Shown here: positions 19,926 to 29,644 of the stretch, one piece after another
How positions within the stretch are numbered: position 1 is the first letter of the stretch
How the letters are laid out: every line of letters starts with the position of its first letter
Assembly (NCBI GenBank): GCA_022841915.1
Contig: JALHQN010000016.1
Location: 17,859-81,858 of the forward strand
Source: Burkholderiales bacterium
Lineage (GTDB): Bacteria > Pseudomonadota > Gammaproteobacteria > Burkholderiales > WYBJ01
Direction: 5' to 3'
DNA length: 64,000 nt
Made by a program: the position numbers and the translations under genes
Notes under the pieces: model-generated
What the model was told of the DNA's origin: nothing
The model's input: only the letters and a program-made list of their open reading frames with translations
Databases searched by the model: none

Positions 19926-20642
19926 CTAGCTCAGGCGCTCGCGCATGGCGGTGAAGTTCCTCATCGACTGCAGGTGCAGGTAGATGAGTTCCAGCTCGTC
20001 GGTTGCGGCCAGCTTCTGCAACTCGTCCCCTGAGAGCTTCTTCAATCGGTCGCGGTTCACCGCCATGAAGCCGCTCAACGACAAACGCTCACCCTTCTGC
20101 GTCGTGACCTGAGCCTGCATGGGCTCGAGCAGCGACAACGTCTTCAATCGTTCGCAGAAGGCTTGCGTGCGCTGGAACTGCGCCTGGTACTCCTGCAGGA
20201 ACTTGAGCACGTTCTCGGTATAGGGGCTCGGCTTGCCGTCCTCGGCAAAGAGGGGCTGCCCCATGCCTTCTTTGTTGAATCCAGCAAAGCGCTCGTCGAT
20301 GCACAACGTGAACGACTTGCCGTTGTCCGGGCTGGAAAACACGAACGGATAACGGCGTATGAAAGCAGGTATGTATTTCGCATTCCAACTCGCGGCTTCC
20401 GTGAGATAGAGATTTTCGTTGGCGCGCAAACCGAGGATGACCGCCGGCATGACTGCGGTCTCGTTGCCGGCGAACACGATCGCGTACTCGGCCGCCGCGT
20501 GCGGAAACTCCACCGCGATCAGCGGACAGGAGTTCACGTTGCGGCTGAACGAGTAGTCGTCTCCCACCTGCACCGAAAGCTTCTCGTGCTGAGTGCGCGA
20601 CACCGGAACGGCGCTCTCGTAGATCAATAGTTGTGCGGACAT
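19926..20642 (-). CDS. SapC-family protein
   Basis: The N-terminal pattern LSVQVGDDYSFSRNVNSCPLIAVEFPHAAAEYAIVF...YIPAFIRRYPF is typical of SapC (PF07277-like) proteins. Confidence 0.75.
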   Translation of the reverse strand: MSAQLLIYESAVPVSRTQHEKLSVQVGDDYSFSRNVNSCPLIAVEFPHAAAEYAIVFAGNETAVMPAVILGLRANENLYLTEAASWNAKYIPAFIRRYPFVFSSPDNGKSFTLCIDERFAGFNKEGMGQPLFAEDGKPSPYTENVLKFLQEYQAQFQRTQAFCERLKTLSLLEPMQAQVTTQKGERLSLSGFMAVNRDRLKKLSGDELQKLAATDELELIYLHLQSMRNFTAMRERLS

Positions 20643-20789
20643 CGAGGCATCTCCTTCGTACGAAGCTAGGGCTGAACCGAACCCCGGTCAGTGGACGTCC
20701 TGCCCGTCTGCAGGATTATCGCGACATTCTCCCGCGAGCGCGACCGCGGGCGCCGGCCTGCCAGCGGCCGCCATGCTGCCGATGCGGGA

Positions 20790-21689
20790 TCAGTGCTTGA
20801 TCCCGCCCAGAGCCTCGGCCAAATCCGCGATGCACTTCGTCAATTCGCCGGTCATGAGGGCAAAGTCGATGTCGAACTTTTCGTCCGGGTCCTGGCCTTC
20901 GTCGGCGACTTCGTTGCGCAGCACGTCGAGAAAGTTCACACGCTTGACCAGCAGCTGGTCGGTGAGCACGAAGGAGATGCGATCCTGCCAGGTCATGCCG
21001 AGCTTGGTGGCGGTCTTGCCCGTGCGGATATGGGCCTGGATATCCTTGCCATCGAGGTTGTGATTCGAATAGCGCACGATGGCCTTGCTGCCGTCGGCGG
21101 CCTGCAATTCGAGGTCCCGGTCGACCGTGAATCCGCTCGGTGCCTCGCCGGTCTCGACCCAGTGGGTCATCATGGCGCCGGGCGAGCGCTGCGTGTCGAG
21201 CCTCACGATGGTCGGCAAGCGGTCGTAGCTGCGCCGGAAGAACTCCATGAACTCGTCGGCCTTGGCTTCCGCACCGAGGTCGATGGTGAGCCAGCCGTTC
21301 GCCACATCCAGCCATGCGCGCGTGGTCCGCCGCCGCGTGAGGGCACGGGGAAGCAACTCGTCCTGGACTTGCAGCCGCAGATCGCGCATCTGCTTGCGCC
21401 CGACCGGATGCGCCTGCTTCTTTTCGACCGCGGCCGCACGCTCCTCGGCCACCTGACGCACGATCGAGGATGGCAGGATCTTCTGATCGACACCCAAGGC
21501 GAATAGCCACTGTCGATTCAGATCGTAGAGAAAACGCTCGGAATCGCGCGGAGGCACCCAGCCGCGGCTCTCCATGGCGAAACTGCCGCACGGCTGCAGG
21601 CCGTTTTGCGCCAAACCTGCTTCGAACGCATCCGGCTCGACTTCCCAAGGAGCGGTGATGCGGTAGACGAGAAGATTACGAAACCACAT
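20790..21689 (-). CDS. rdgC: Recombination-associated protein RdgC
   Basis: The N-terminus MWFRNLLVYR and the 299-aa length match RdgC. The listed 430-aa ORF has an implausible Arg/Ala-rich extension upstream of this ATG. Confidence 0.85.
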   Translation of the reverse strand: MWFRNLLVYRITAPWEVEPDAFEAGLAQNGLQPCGSFAMESRGWVPPRDSERFLYDLNRQWLFALGVDQKILPSSIVRQVAEERAAAVEKKQAHPVGRKQMRDLRLQVQDELLPRALTRRRTTRAWLDVANGWLTIDLGAEAKADEFMEFFRRSYDRLPTIVRLDTQRSPGAMMTHWVETGEAPSGFTVDRDLELQAADGSKAIVRYSNHNLDGKDIQAHIRTGKTATKLGMTWQDRISFVLTDQLLVKRVNFLDVLRNEVADEGQDPDEKFDIDFALMTGELTKCIADLAEALGGIKH

Positions 21690-21831
21690 AGGCACCCGAA
21701 AAAGCAGCGGATTATAGCGGCCTCCTCGCGGCAGGCGGCGGCCATCGACGCCGGCGCATCGACTCGAACCCAAGTTGCGCAAGTCGCCCCGCGCGACGTA
21801 CGCTTGCGCAATTGCCCAAGAGAGTGCATCG

Positions 21832-23199
21832 ATGACCCGCCCCACGCGCGAACTCACCGATTTCCTGCATGAACTGAGCTTGGCCGGCCTGCCGCCCAGC
21901 GTTACGCAAGCCGCGCAATGGGCGCTGCTCGACACCCTGGGATGCACGCTGTTCGGCGCGCCCGAGCCTTGGTCCCGGATCATGGCCGAGGAAGTGCTCG
22001 CGGAGGAGGCCAAGGGCCGCAGCACGATCGTCGGCCATCCCCGGCCGGTTCCCGCGCCCGCCGCAGCCCTATGCAACGGCACGGCTGCGCATGGCTTCGA
22101 ACTCGATGATCACCTGGACGAAGCGATCGTGCATCCGGGCGCGATCGTGGTCTCCGCGGCGCTGGCCGCGGCCGAAGCGATCGATGCCACCGGCGAACGC
22201 CTGCTCCTGGGCATCATCAGCGGCTATGAAGTGCTCAACCGCGTGGGCTTGGCGATGGGCGTGGGCCCCGCCCAACGCGGCTATCACAAGACCGCCGTCG
22301 CCGGGCCGCTCGGTGCCGCCGTCGCCGCAGCCGTGGTGATGAAGCTGCCGCCGGACCAAGTCTTCACCGCGCTCTGCCTTGCCTGTGCCACGGCCTCCGG
22401 CACCAAGGCTTTCGCGACCGGCGCAGGGGGCGGCATGGAGAAGCGCATGCATGCGGGCCGCGCGGCTGAAGCCGGCGTGCGCATGGCGCAACTCGCCTCA
22501 CGTGGTTTCACGGCACCGCCGACGGCGCTCGACGGACGCTTCGGCCTGCTCGAAGTCGTGTCGGGCACCGTCGCCCAAACGGCACTGCTCTCCTCCGGGC
22601 TGGGTGCGCGCTGGGCGATCGAGCACGTCTACGTCAAGACCTATCCCTGCTGCGCATGGATACAGGCGGCGGTACAGCAACTGGTGGCGATGCGCGGGCC
22701 GCGAGCACTGCGCCTGGAGGAAATCGGTCGAGTGCGCATCGGCGTCTCGGCTTATGCGAAAGCACAGAACGGCGCGGTGGCCCCCGTGGACACGTTCGGG
22801 GCGCAGTTCAGCATTCCGTATTGCTGCGCGCTCGCGCTGATGAGCGATCCCGCCGATCCTGCGATGTACGATCCCGATGTCATCGATGAAGCTGATCGCC
22901 GCGAACTCGCGCGTCGGATCGAGATCTTCGTCGACCCGGAGATGGAGGCCGCCTACCCGCGCCACTATGGCGCCCGAGTCGAACTCGAGCTCGCGAACGA
23001 AGTCCGCCATGCCGGCTCGGTGCTCGATCCGCACGGCATGCCTGCGGATCCCTGTACGCCGGATGAACTGTTGCAGAAGTTCGAGCACCTCGCCGGGCGG
23101 TCGAAATCCGAAGCGCAAATCGCCGCCATCGTCGAATCGATCGAGAACGCGGCCCGCCTCGACAATGTGCATACGCTGACTTCGATGTTCAGAGGTTAG
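21832..23199 (+). CDS. MmgE/PrpD-family protein (2-methylcitrate dehydratase-like)
   Basis: The N-terminal pattern LTDFLHELSLAGLPPSVTQAAQWALLDTLGC and the roughly 455-aa length fit the MmgE/PrpD fold. Confidence 0.85.
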   Translation: MTRPTRELTDFLHELSLAGLPPSVTQAAQWALLDTLGCTLFGAPEPWSRIMAEEVLAEEAKGRSTIVGHPRPVPAPAAALCNGTAAHGFELDDHLDEAIVHPGAIVVSAALAAAEAIDATGERLLLGIISGYEVLNRVGLAMGVGPAQRGYHKTAVAGPLGAAVAAAVVMKLPPDQVFTALCLACATASGTKAFATGAGGGMEKRMHAGRAAEAGVRMAQLASRGFTAPPTALDGRFGLLEVVSGTVAQTALLSSGLGARWAIEHVYVKTYPCCAWIQAAVQQLVAMRGPRALRLEEIGRVRIGVSAYAKAQNGAVAPVDTFGAQFSIPYCCALALMSDPADPAMYDPDVIDEADRRELARRIEIFVDPEMEAAYPRHYGARVELELANEVRHAGSVLDPHGMPADPCTPDELLQKFEHLAGRSKSEAQIAAIVESIENAARLDNVHTLTSMFRG

Positions 23200-23377
23200 C
23201 GCCCGCTTGACAGGCACGCTCACGACGGCTCTACTTCACGACGACGGTCGCACTGGCAGGACCGTCGCCGCAATGCTGCTCGAGCCTGCGTAGACGGGCG
23301 GCTCGCATCCGGCTTCGCGAGCCCATGCGGACACTGCGGCCGGAGAACCATCATCGGCAAGCGAGGAGACAGCATCG

Positions 23378-24355
23378 ATGACACACATCGTCCGCAGCGT
23401 CGGGATTTTCGCCACGTGCGCGTTTTTGACGACGCCCACCGGGGCGGCCGAACAGCCCGCCTATCCGAACAAGCCGATCCGCCTCATCGTGCCCTTCCCG
23501 CCCGGGGGCAGCATCGATCCGATCGCCCGCATGATGGCGACGAAACTCAGCGAGCGTCTGGGTCAGCAGATCCTCGTCGATAACCGCCCCGGCGCCAACG
23601 GGGCCATCGGCACCGAGTTGCTCGCCCGGGCCGCTCCCGACGGCTACACGCTGATCCACCTCGGCCCCGGCACGCATGTCATCAATGCGCACCTTGCCAA
23701 GAATCTGCCCTACGACAGCATTAAGGATTTCGCCCCGGTCGCCGCCGTGCAGCGCAGCGACTACGTCCTCGTCGTGCATCCGTCCCTGCCGGTCAGCAGC
23801 GTGAAGGAGATGGCCGCTTTGGCCAGGGCCCGGCCCGGACAGATCGCGTATGGATCCTCGGGCAACGGCAACATGAACCACCTGGCCGCCGAACTGATGA
23901 ACATCACGCTCGGCATCAAGACCCACCACATCCCCTACAAGGGCGCAGCCGTGGTGTTGACCGATCTGATCAGCGGCCAGATCCAGATGCATTTTTCGGT
24001 GGCGATCTCCGCCCTGCCGCTGATCCAGGCGGGCCGCCTGAAGCCGCTCGCCTTCGGCGGCGAGACGCGCCTGGCGCAGCTGCCGCAGGTGCAAACCTTC
24101 GCCGAAGCTGGCCTGGGCGCCATCACCCTGCGTCCCTGGCAGGGAATGCTCGCACCGGCCAAGACGCCTCGTCCGATCATCGACCGGCTCAATGGCGAGA
24201 TCGCGCAGATCCTCAGACTGCCGGATATCGTCGAGTCGTTGAGCGCTCGCGCGATGACACCGCTCATCACCACGCCGGAGCAGTTCGCGGCACTGATGGC
24301 CTCCGACTACAAGAACGTCGCCGCCATCATCAAGGCAGCCAACCTCAAACTCTAA
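23378..24355 (+). CDS. Bug-family (TctC-like) tripartite tricarboxylate transporter substrate-binding protein
   Basis: A signal peptide is followed by the AYPNKPIRLIVPFPPGGSIDPIAR hallmark. The protein is about 325 aa. Confidence 0.9.
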   Translation: MTHIVRSVGIFATCAFLTTPTGAAEQPAYPNKPIRLIVPFPPGGSIDPIARMMATKLSERLGQQILVDNRPGANGAIGTELLARAAPDGYTLIHLGPGTHVINAHLAKNLPYDSIKDFAPVAAVQRSDYVLVVHPSLPVSSVKEMAALARARPGQIAYGSSGNGNMNHLAAELMNITLGIKTHHIPYKGAAVVLTDLISGQIQMHFSVAISALPLIQAGRLKPLAFGGETRLAQLPQVQTFAEAGLGAITLRPWQGMLAPAKTPRPIIDRLNGEIAQILRLPDIVESLSARAMTPLITTPEQFAALMASDYKNVAAIIKAANLKL

Positions 24356-24390
24356 TGTGCGCGACGCCGCGAGAAGGGCATGACCATTCC

Positions 24391-26046
24391 ATGCACCACA
24401 CAATGACCGTCGGCGACCTGGTGGCCGAATTCCTGGAGCGTTGCGGCGTCGAGACGGCGTTCGGCATCATCTCCGTGCACAACGTGCCGCTGCTCGACGC
24501 GCTCGACCGGCGCAATGCCGTTCGCTTCGTCATGGCGCGCGGTGAAATGGGCGGCACGCATATGGCGGATGGCTACGCGCGCGTCTCGGGCAAGCTCGGT
24601 GTCGTGATCACCAGCACCGGGCCGGGGGCTGCGAGCGCCGTGAGCGGTTTGGTCGAGGCGCGCTTCGCCGGCAGCCCGGTGCTGCACCTTACCGGACAGT
24701 CCGCGACTGCGCTCGCCGACCGCGATCTGGGCAGCGTGCACGACGTGCCCGACCAGATCGGCATGCTGCGCTCCGTCGGCAAGGCTGCATACACGATACG
24801 TACCCCCGGCGCGGCGCTCGGCATCCTGATGCATGCCGCCGCGCAAGCGCTGACGCCGCCCATGGGCCCGGTGAGCGTGGAGATTCCGATCGACGTGCAG
24901 TTGGCCAAGATCGAGCGGCCCGTAATGCTGGATGCCATGACGCTGCCGATCCCGCCCGCAGCCCCGCCCCCGGATGCCGTCCTCGATGCGCTTGCCGAGA
25001 GACTGACGCGCGCGAAGCGCCCGATCTTGTGGACCGGCGGCGGCGCACGCCACGCCGGCGAAGCGGTCGCGCGCCTGGCCGCGTTGGGCATGCCGGTGGT
25101 CACGAGCTGGAACGGACGCGGCGTGATCCCCGAGGATCATCCGCTCTCGCTCGGTCCGCTCGCCACGACACCGGAGGTGGAGCGCTTCTACGCATCGGTC
25201 GACCTGATGCTGGTCGCCGGCTCGCACTTGCGCGGACACGAGACTCGCGACTGCACCCTGCGCCTGCCGGCTCATCGCGTGCAGATCGACGCCGACCCGC
25301 AAGCCAACGGACGCACCTACACGAGCGACCTGTTCGTGCATGCCGACCCGGCGCTGACGCTCGCCGCCCTAGCCGATCGCCTGGAAGGCCAGTGGCTCCC
25401 CCATCCTCACTATGCCGAGGAGATTGCGCGCCTCAAGGCCGAAGCCACTGCAAGCTATCGCGCCACGCTCGGCAGCTACGGGCGCTTGCCCGCCATCGTG
25501 CGCGCCGCCATGCCGCGCGACGCGATCTGGGCGCGCGACATCAGCTTCCACCAAACCACATGGGCGAATCGGATCTTCCCCGTGTACGGGCCGCGCGACA
25601 GCATCTACTCGGTGGGCGCGGCGATCGGCACCGGCATGCCGCTCGCCATCGGGGCTGCGCTGGCGGCCCCGGGACGCAGTACGGTCGCGATGTGCGGGGA
25701 CGGCGGCTTCGCGCTCAATCTCGGCGAACTCATGACCGTCGCCCAGGAGCAGCCCGACCTTTGCCTGCTCATCATGAACGACGGCGGCTACGGCGTCATC
25801 CGCCATATCCAGGACAGCAACAGCCCCGGACGCAACTACTACGACGCCCTGCTGCCGCCGGACTTCGAACACCTCGCCAGGGCAGCGTCCATGCCCTACT
25901 GGCGGGCATCGAGCTTGGACGACGTCGGCAAGCATCTGTCGGCCGCACTCGCACACGGCGGGCCGACGCTGGTGGAAGTCGACATGCGCAGGATCGGCCC
26001 GTTCCAGCCGAAGTTTCAGGCACCGTCCTACGCATCCAAGCGATGA
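24391..26046 (+). CDS. Thiamine-diphosphate-dependent enzyme (acetolactate synthase large-subunit-like)
   Basis: The N-terminal PYR domain (GVETAFGIISVHNVPLLDAL...GEMGGTHMADGYARV) and the TPP-binding motif GDGGFALNLGELMTV...NDGGYG are present. The start could also be ATG 24355 or 24403. Confidence 0.85.
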   Translation: MHHTMTVGDLVAEFLERCGVETAFGIISVHNVPLLDALDRRNAVRFVMARGEMGGTHMADGYARVSGKLGVVITSTGPGAASAVSGLVEARFAGSPVLHLTGQSATALADRDLGSVHDVPDQIGMLRSVGKAAYTIRTPGAALGILMHAAAQALTPPMGPVSVEIPIDVQLAKIERPVMLDAMTLPIPPAAPPPDAVLDALAERLTRAKRPILWTGGGARHAGEAVARLAALGMPVVTSWNGRGVIPEDHPLSLGPLATTPEVERFYASVDLMLVAGSHLRGHETRDCTLRLPAHRVQIDADPQANGRTYTSDLFVHADPALTLAALADRLEGQWLPHPHYAEEIARLKAEATASYRATLGSYGRLPAIVRAAMPRDAIWARDISFHQTTWANRIFPVYGPRDSIYSVGAAIGTGMPLAIGAALAAPGRSTVAMCGDGGFALNLGELMTVAQEQPDLCLLIMNDGGYGVIRHIQDSNSPGRNYYDALLPPDFEHLARAASMPYWRASSLDDVGKHLSAALAHGGPTLVEVDMRRIGPFQPKFQAPSYASKR

Positions 26047-26160
26047 GCAATACCGCAGCGAAGTTCTGATCCCGGACACGAGCGCAACGAACCACGGGGA
26101 CCAGCGCTTCGTTCGCCCGCTCGAAGATTGACCCATGCCGCGGCGCGGGGAGATACTCGT

Positions 26161-26178
26161 CGCAATCGCAATCGCAAT
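26161..26178. repeat. Hexanucleotide microsatellite (CGCAAT)x3 in the intergenic leader of the ADH gene
   Basis: Direct reading of the sequence: cgcaatcgcaatcgcaat, flanked by partial copies. Confidence 0.6.
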
Positions 26179-26237
26179 CGACCATCGCAGGCGCGCAGTG
26201 GCGCGCGCCGCCGACATCATCCGGAGGGGATACGAAC

Positions 26238-27341
26238 ATGCAAATCGAAGCCGCGGTCATGCGCAAGATCCACGAACCGCTCGTCATCGAGCAGGTCGAC
26301 ATGGACAAGCCGCGCGGACGTGAGATCGTGGTGCGCACCATCGCCACAGGGGTGTGTCATAGCGACCTGCATGTCATCGAAGGCATCAGCCGCTACCCGA
26401 CCGACCGACCGTTCGTGCTGGGCCACGAGGGGGCCGGCATCGTGGAGGCCGTCGGCCCGGACGTCACATCCATCCAGGTGGGCGATCATGTGGTCGCCTG
26501 CCTCTCCGGTTTTTGCGGGACCTGTCCGCAATGCCTGGACGGCCATCCCAACGTCTGCACGGACAACGCCACGGTCATCGGGCGCCCCGCCGGGGACAAG
26601 GCGCGCCTGACCCAGGAAGGCGGGCTCGTGAGGCAGTTCGGCGGCATCGGCAGCTATGCCGCGAAGATGATCCTGCACGAGAACATGGTGGTGAAGATCG
26701 ACAAGGATATACCTTTCGATCGCGCCGCCCTCGTGGGTTGCGGCGTGCTGACCGGTGTCGGTGCGGCACTGCGCTCCTCGGGCATGCGCGCCGGGCAGAC
26801 GGTCGCGGTGTTCGGCGCGGGCGGAGTCGGCCTGTCGATCATCCAGGGCGCGAAGATCGGCGGCGCCCGGCAGATCATCGCCGTGGACCAGTTCGATTCC
26901 AAGCTGGAGATGGCCAAGGCCATGGGTGCGACCCACACGGTCAACGCGACGCAGGACGAGCCCGTGAAGGCCGTGCGCGCACTCACCAAGGGACTGGGCG
27001 TGGATCACGCCTTCGAGGCCGTCGGGCTCTCCAAGCTGTGCCGCATGGCGATCGAAAGCCTGGCCGTGCGCGGCACCGCCACCATCGTCGGCGTGTTGCC
27101 GCCGGAAGCGACCATCGAATTCCCGTGGCTCGCCATCCGCCCCGAGTGCAAGGTGCAGACCTCGCGCATGGGCTCGAACCAGTTCCGGACCGACATCCCT
27201 AACTATCTCGAGTTCTATCGGCAGGGAAAACTCGACCTCGACACGATGATCAGCCGGCGCGGCCGGCTAAGCGACATCAACGAAGCCTTCCGGGCGATGA
27301 AGGCGGGCGAGGTGGCACGGACGGTCTTGATGTTCGATTGA
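26238..27341 (+). CDS. Zinc-dependent alcohol dehydrogenase (class III-like MDR family)
   Basis: The catalytic zinc motif GVCHSDLH, the structural zinc Cys cluster (CGTCPQCLDGHPNVC) and the NAD motif VFGAGGVGLS are present. Confidence 0.9.
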   Translation: MQIEAAVMRKIHEPLVIEQVDMDKPRGREIVVRTIATGVCHSDLHVIEGISRYPTDRPFVLGHEGAGIVEAVGPDVTSIQVGDHVVACLSGFCGTCPQCLDGHPNVCTDNATVIGRPAGDKARLTQEGGLVRQFGGIGSYAAKMILHENMVVKIDKDIPFDRAALVGCGVLTGVGAALRSSGMRAGQTVAVFGAGGVGLSIIQGAKIGGARQIIAVDQFDSKLEMAKAMGATHTVNATQDEPVKAVRALTKGLGVDHAFEAVGLSKLCRMAIESLAVRGTATIVGVLPPEATIEFPWLAIRPECKVQTSRMGSNQFRTDIPNYLEFYRQGKLDLDTMISRRGRLSDINEAFRAMKAGEVARTVLMFD

Positions 27342-27344
27342 TAC

Positions 27345-27380
27345 CGCGCAGCAGACCGACGCACGGCGTCAGGCTGCGCG
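27345..27380. terminator. Two-tier hairpin between the convergent ADH and FHA genes (possible bidirectional terminator)
   Basis: The outer stem is CGCGCAGC / GCTGCGCG (8 bp) and the inner stem is GACGC-ACG-GCGTC. The structure overlaps the last codons of the FHA gene. Confidence 0.35.
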
Positions 27381-28289
27381 TTCGGTCTCGGGGCGCTCGG
27401 CTGCGGGGACGGGGCGACGCTTTTCTTTCGGCGCCGGCCCCGGACAAAACACGATCTTGAATTGAAAGTCCGATCCGAGGCGAACGACACAGTCGCTGGC
27501 TATCGTGCTCGATCCCTTGCGGGGGACTTGAACGCTATCGGCGTAGGTGCCGTTCTTCGAACCCAGATCCCGAATCAGCACCCCGGTCGGCGTCGCTTCC
27601 AGCTGCACATGCCTGCGCGACACGCGACGCTCGCCCACGAGGCGATGGGCATACTGCGAGAACGCGGCATCGCGACCGACGCGGACCATGCCTTCGAGGT
27701 AGGAGGCATCGCCCCAGGGCCAGACGATGATCGCCTGCGCGGACACCGGTGCGCCCGACTGCGCCAGTGCGCCGATCTGCGGTTCCGCCGGAGCCGGACT
27801 CGGATCGCTTTCCAGATGCAAACCGCCCACCAGGGTTGTCTCGCCCCATGCGGCATGTTCATCGGGGGAGGAAGCTTCAGGGTCGGTGCTCATCGAGGGC
27901 GCAGACGCATGACTCGCTTCGGTGAGCCCGTCTTCGATGGCACGCGCGAGCCGCGCGAAGCCCTCCGCCGCACCTTGCAGGCGGGGCGCGAGTTGCTGAA
28001 AGATCCACAGATCGACCACCGGCGCCCCCGGACCGGATGCGACGAAGCGGGCAAGCGCCGGACACTCCTGGCAGGCCTCGTCGAGCTCACGCGGCCCAAG
28101 CTCAAGCCAGTGGGTGAGCAGACCGAGCTTGATCAGAGGTGTCGACAAAGGCATGCCCACCTCGGCCTCGATGGCCGCTGAAAGTTGATCGAGCGAGGCC
28201 CAATCGGTACAGGCCGCGACCCGATCGAAAAAGTCTGCCGAGGGCACGACGCGGCGGCTCGCGCTCGTTTCGACGTAGATGGCGCTCAC
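27369..28289 (-). CDS. FHA-domain protein with an IS5/InsH-N (DUF772)-like N-terminal region
   Basis: The C-terminal FHA core reads VRVGRD...VSRRHVQLEATPTGVLIRDLGSKNGTY...VRLGS. The N-terminal sequence TDWASLDQLSAAIEAEVGMPLSTPLIKLGLLTHWLELGPRELDEACQECPALARF follows the DUF772 consensus pattern. GTG start after a GAGGA SD. Confidence 0.7.
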   Translation of the reverse strand: MSAIYVETSASRRVVPSADFFDRVAACTDWASLDQLSAAIEAEVGMPLSTPLIKLGLLTHWLELGPRELDEACQECPALARFVASGPGAPVVDLWIFQQLAPRLQGAAEGFARLARAIEDGLTEASHASAPSMSTDPEASSPDEHAAWGETTLVGGLHLESDPSPAPAEPQIGALAQSGAPVSAQAIIVWPWGDASYLEGMVRVGRDAAFSQYAHRLVGERRVSRRHVQLEATPTGVLIRDLGSKNGTYADSVQVPRKGSSTIASDCVVRLGSDFQFKIVFCPGPAPKEKRRPVPAAERPETERAA

Positions 28290-28527
28290 GGGATCCTCAC
28301 GAGGTTTCGATTTTCATCGATTCTAGAGAACCCGCGGCGGGCAGGCGATCGACGCAACAGTCCTTCACGTTCCTATCGAAGCCTGGCGTTCAGCCGACGA
28401 TCGAGCCGGCTTGTTGCCTCGCCCCTACTGCATGGGTCGCACACCGGAATCGGCATCCGCAAGCGGGCGACCGGGGCACCGCCCTCACAGGGACGGCCCG
28501 ATCGTGTGTGCGCGCATTGCCGACGCG

Positions 28528-29505
28528 CTAATTCTCGATCCGGATGTTCGCCGTCTTCACGATCTTGGCGATCTTGGCCGTATCGGCACGCAGAAAGGCC
28601 GTGAAGTCATCGGGCGTCGACGGAAAGGCCGTCACGCCCTGGCTCGCCAGCTTCGCGACGACGTCCGGCGATGCAAGCACCTTCCTGACTTCGGCAGAAA
28701 GTTTCTCCACGATGTCCTTCGGCGTACCGGCGGGGGCGAGGATGCCTTGCCAGCTGATGACGACCACACCGGGGAGACCGGCCTCGGCCATGGTCGGGAC
28801 ATCGGGCAGGACGGCGGAACGCACGTCGCCCGTGACCGCAATCGCCCGCAGACGCCCGCTCTTGATATGAGGCGTGGATGTGATGGGGGCCTGATAGGAC
28901 GCCTGCACCTGGCCGCCGATCAAGTCGCTCATCGCCTGGGCACCGCCCTTATAAGGAATGAGTTGCATCTTGATGCCCGCGACCATGCTGAACAACTCGG
29001 CTGCCAGACGCCCGCCGGAAGCCGCGCCGGAGATGGAATAGTCGACCTGCCCCGGCCTCGCCTTGGCCAGCGCGACGAACGCCTTCACGTCCTTTGCCGG
29101 CACCGAAGGGTGGATGAGCATGACATACATCTGGCTCGCCAGTCCGGAAACCGGCGCGAAATCCTTGATCGCGTCGTAGGGCGTGTTGGTGAGCAGCGGC
29201 AGCACGATGTGCGTGATCGACGGCACCAGCAGCGTGTAGCCGTCGGGGACAGCCTTGGCGACGTGCTCGGTACCGACGATGGTGTTGCCGCCCGGACGAT
29301 TGTCGACGATGGCCGACTGCCCCCAGGCGGTCGTGAAGTGCTGCGCCACCAGCCGGGCGATCATCGTGGTGCTGCCGCCTGCCACCGTCGGCACGACGAT
29401 GCGGATCATTCGGTTCGGATAAGCCTGCTGAGCGGCTGCGGTGCCCGTCATCGCCAAGACCGCGCCTACCGCTGCTGCGCGCATTGCGAAACCGATTCGA
29501 TTCAT
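28528..29505 (-). CDS. Bug-family (TctC-like) substrate-binding protein
   Basis: ATG 29505 follows a GGGAGA SD. A signal peptide is followed by AYPNRMIRIVVPTVAGGSTTMIAR. Confidence 0.9.
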   Translation of the reverse strand: MNRIGFAMRAAAVGAVLAMTGTAAAQQAYPNRMIRIVVPTVAGGSTTMIARLVAQHFTTAWGQSAIVDNRPGGNTIVGTEHVAKAVPDGYTLLVPSITHIVLPLLTNTPYDAIKDFAPVSGLASQMYVMLIHPSVPAKDVKAFVALAKARPGQVDYSISGAASGGRLAAELFSMVAGIKMQLIPYKGGAQAMSDLIGGQVQASYQAPITSTPHIKSGRLRAIAVTGDVRSAVLPDVPTMAEAGLPGVVVISWQGILAPAGTPKDIVEKLSAEVRKVLASPDVVAKLASQGVTAFPSTPDDFTAFLRADTAKIAKIVKTANIRIEN

Positions 29506-29644
29506 GACACGTCTCCCTGTTTGAGTTGCGAGCAAGCGCCGCAACGTTTCATCGATGCCTCACCACGCGGCCGGATCGCACTCGACGTCGCGGCGCTGGG
29601 CCAGCCGAGATCCTGTCCACCAGCGGCGCGCGCCCGTGGCGACC

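Noticed and set aside
26158-26190. The hexamer repeats here and at 41606-41640 as possible CRISPR or other arrays.
   Set aside because: The units are only 6 nt with no spacers. They are simple microsatellites, and the second one is coding.
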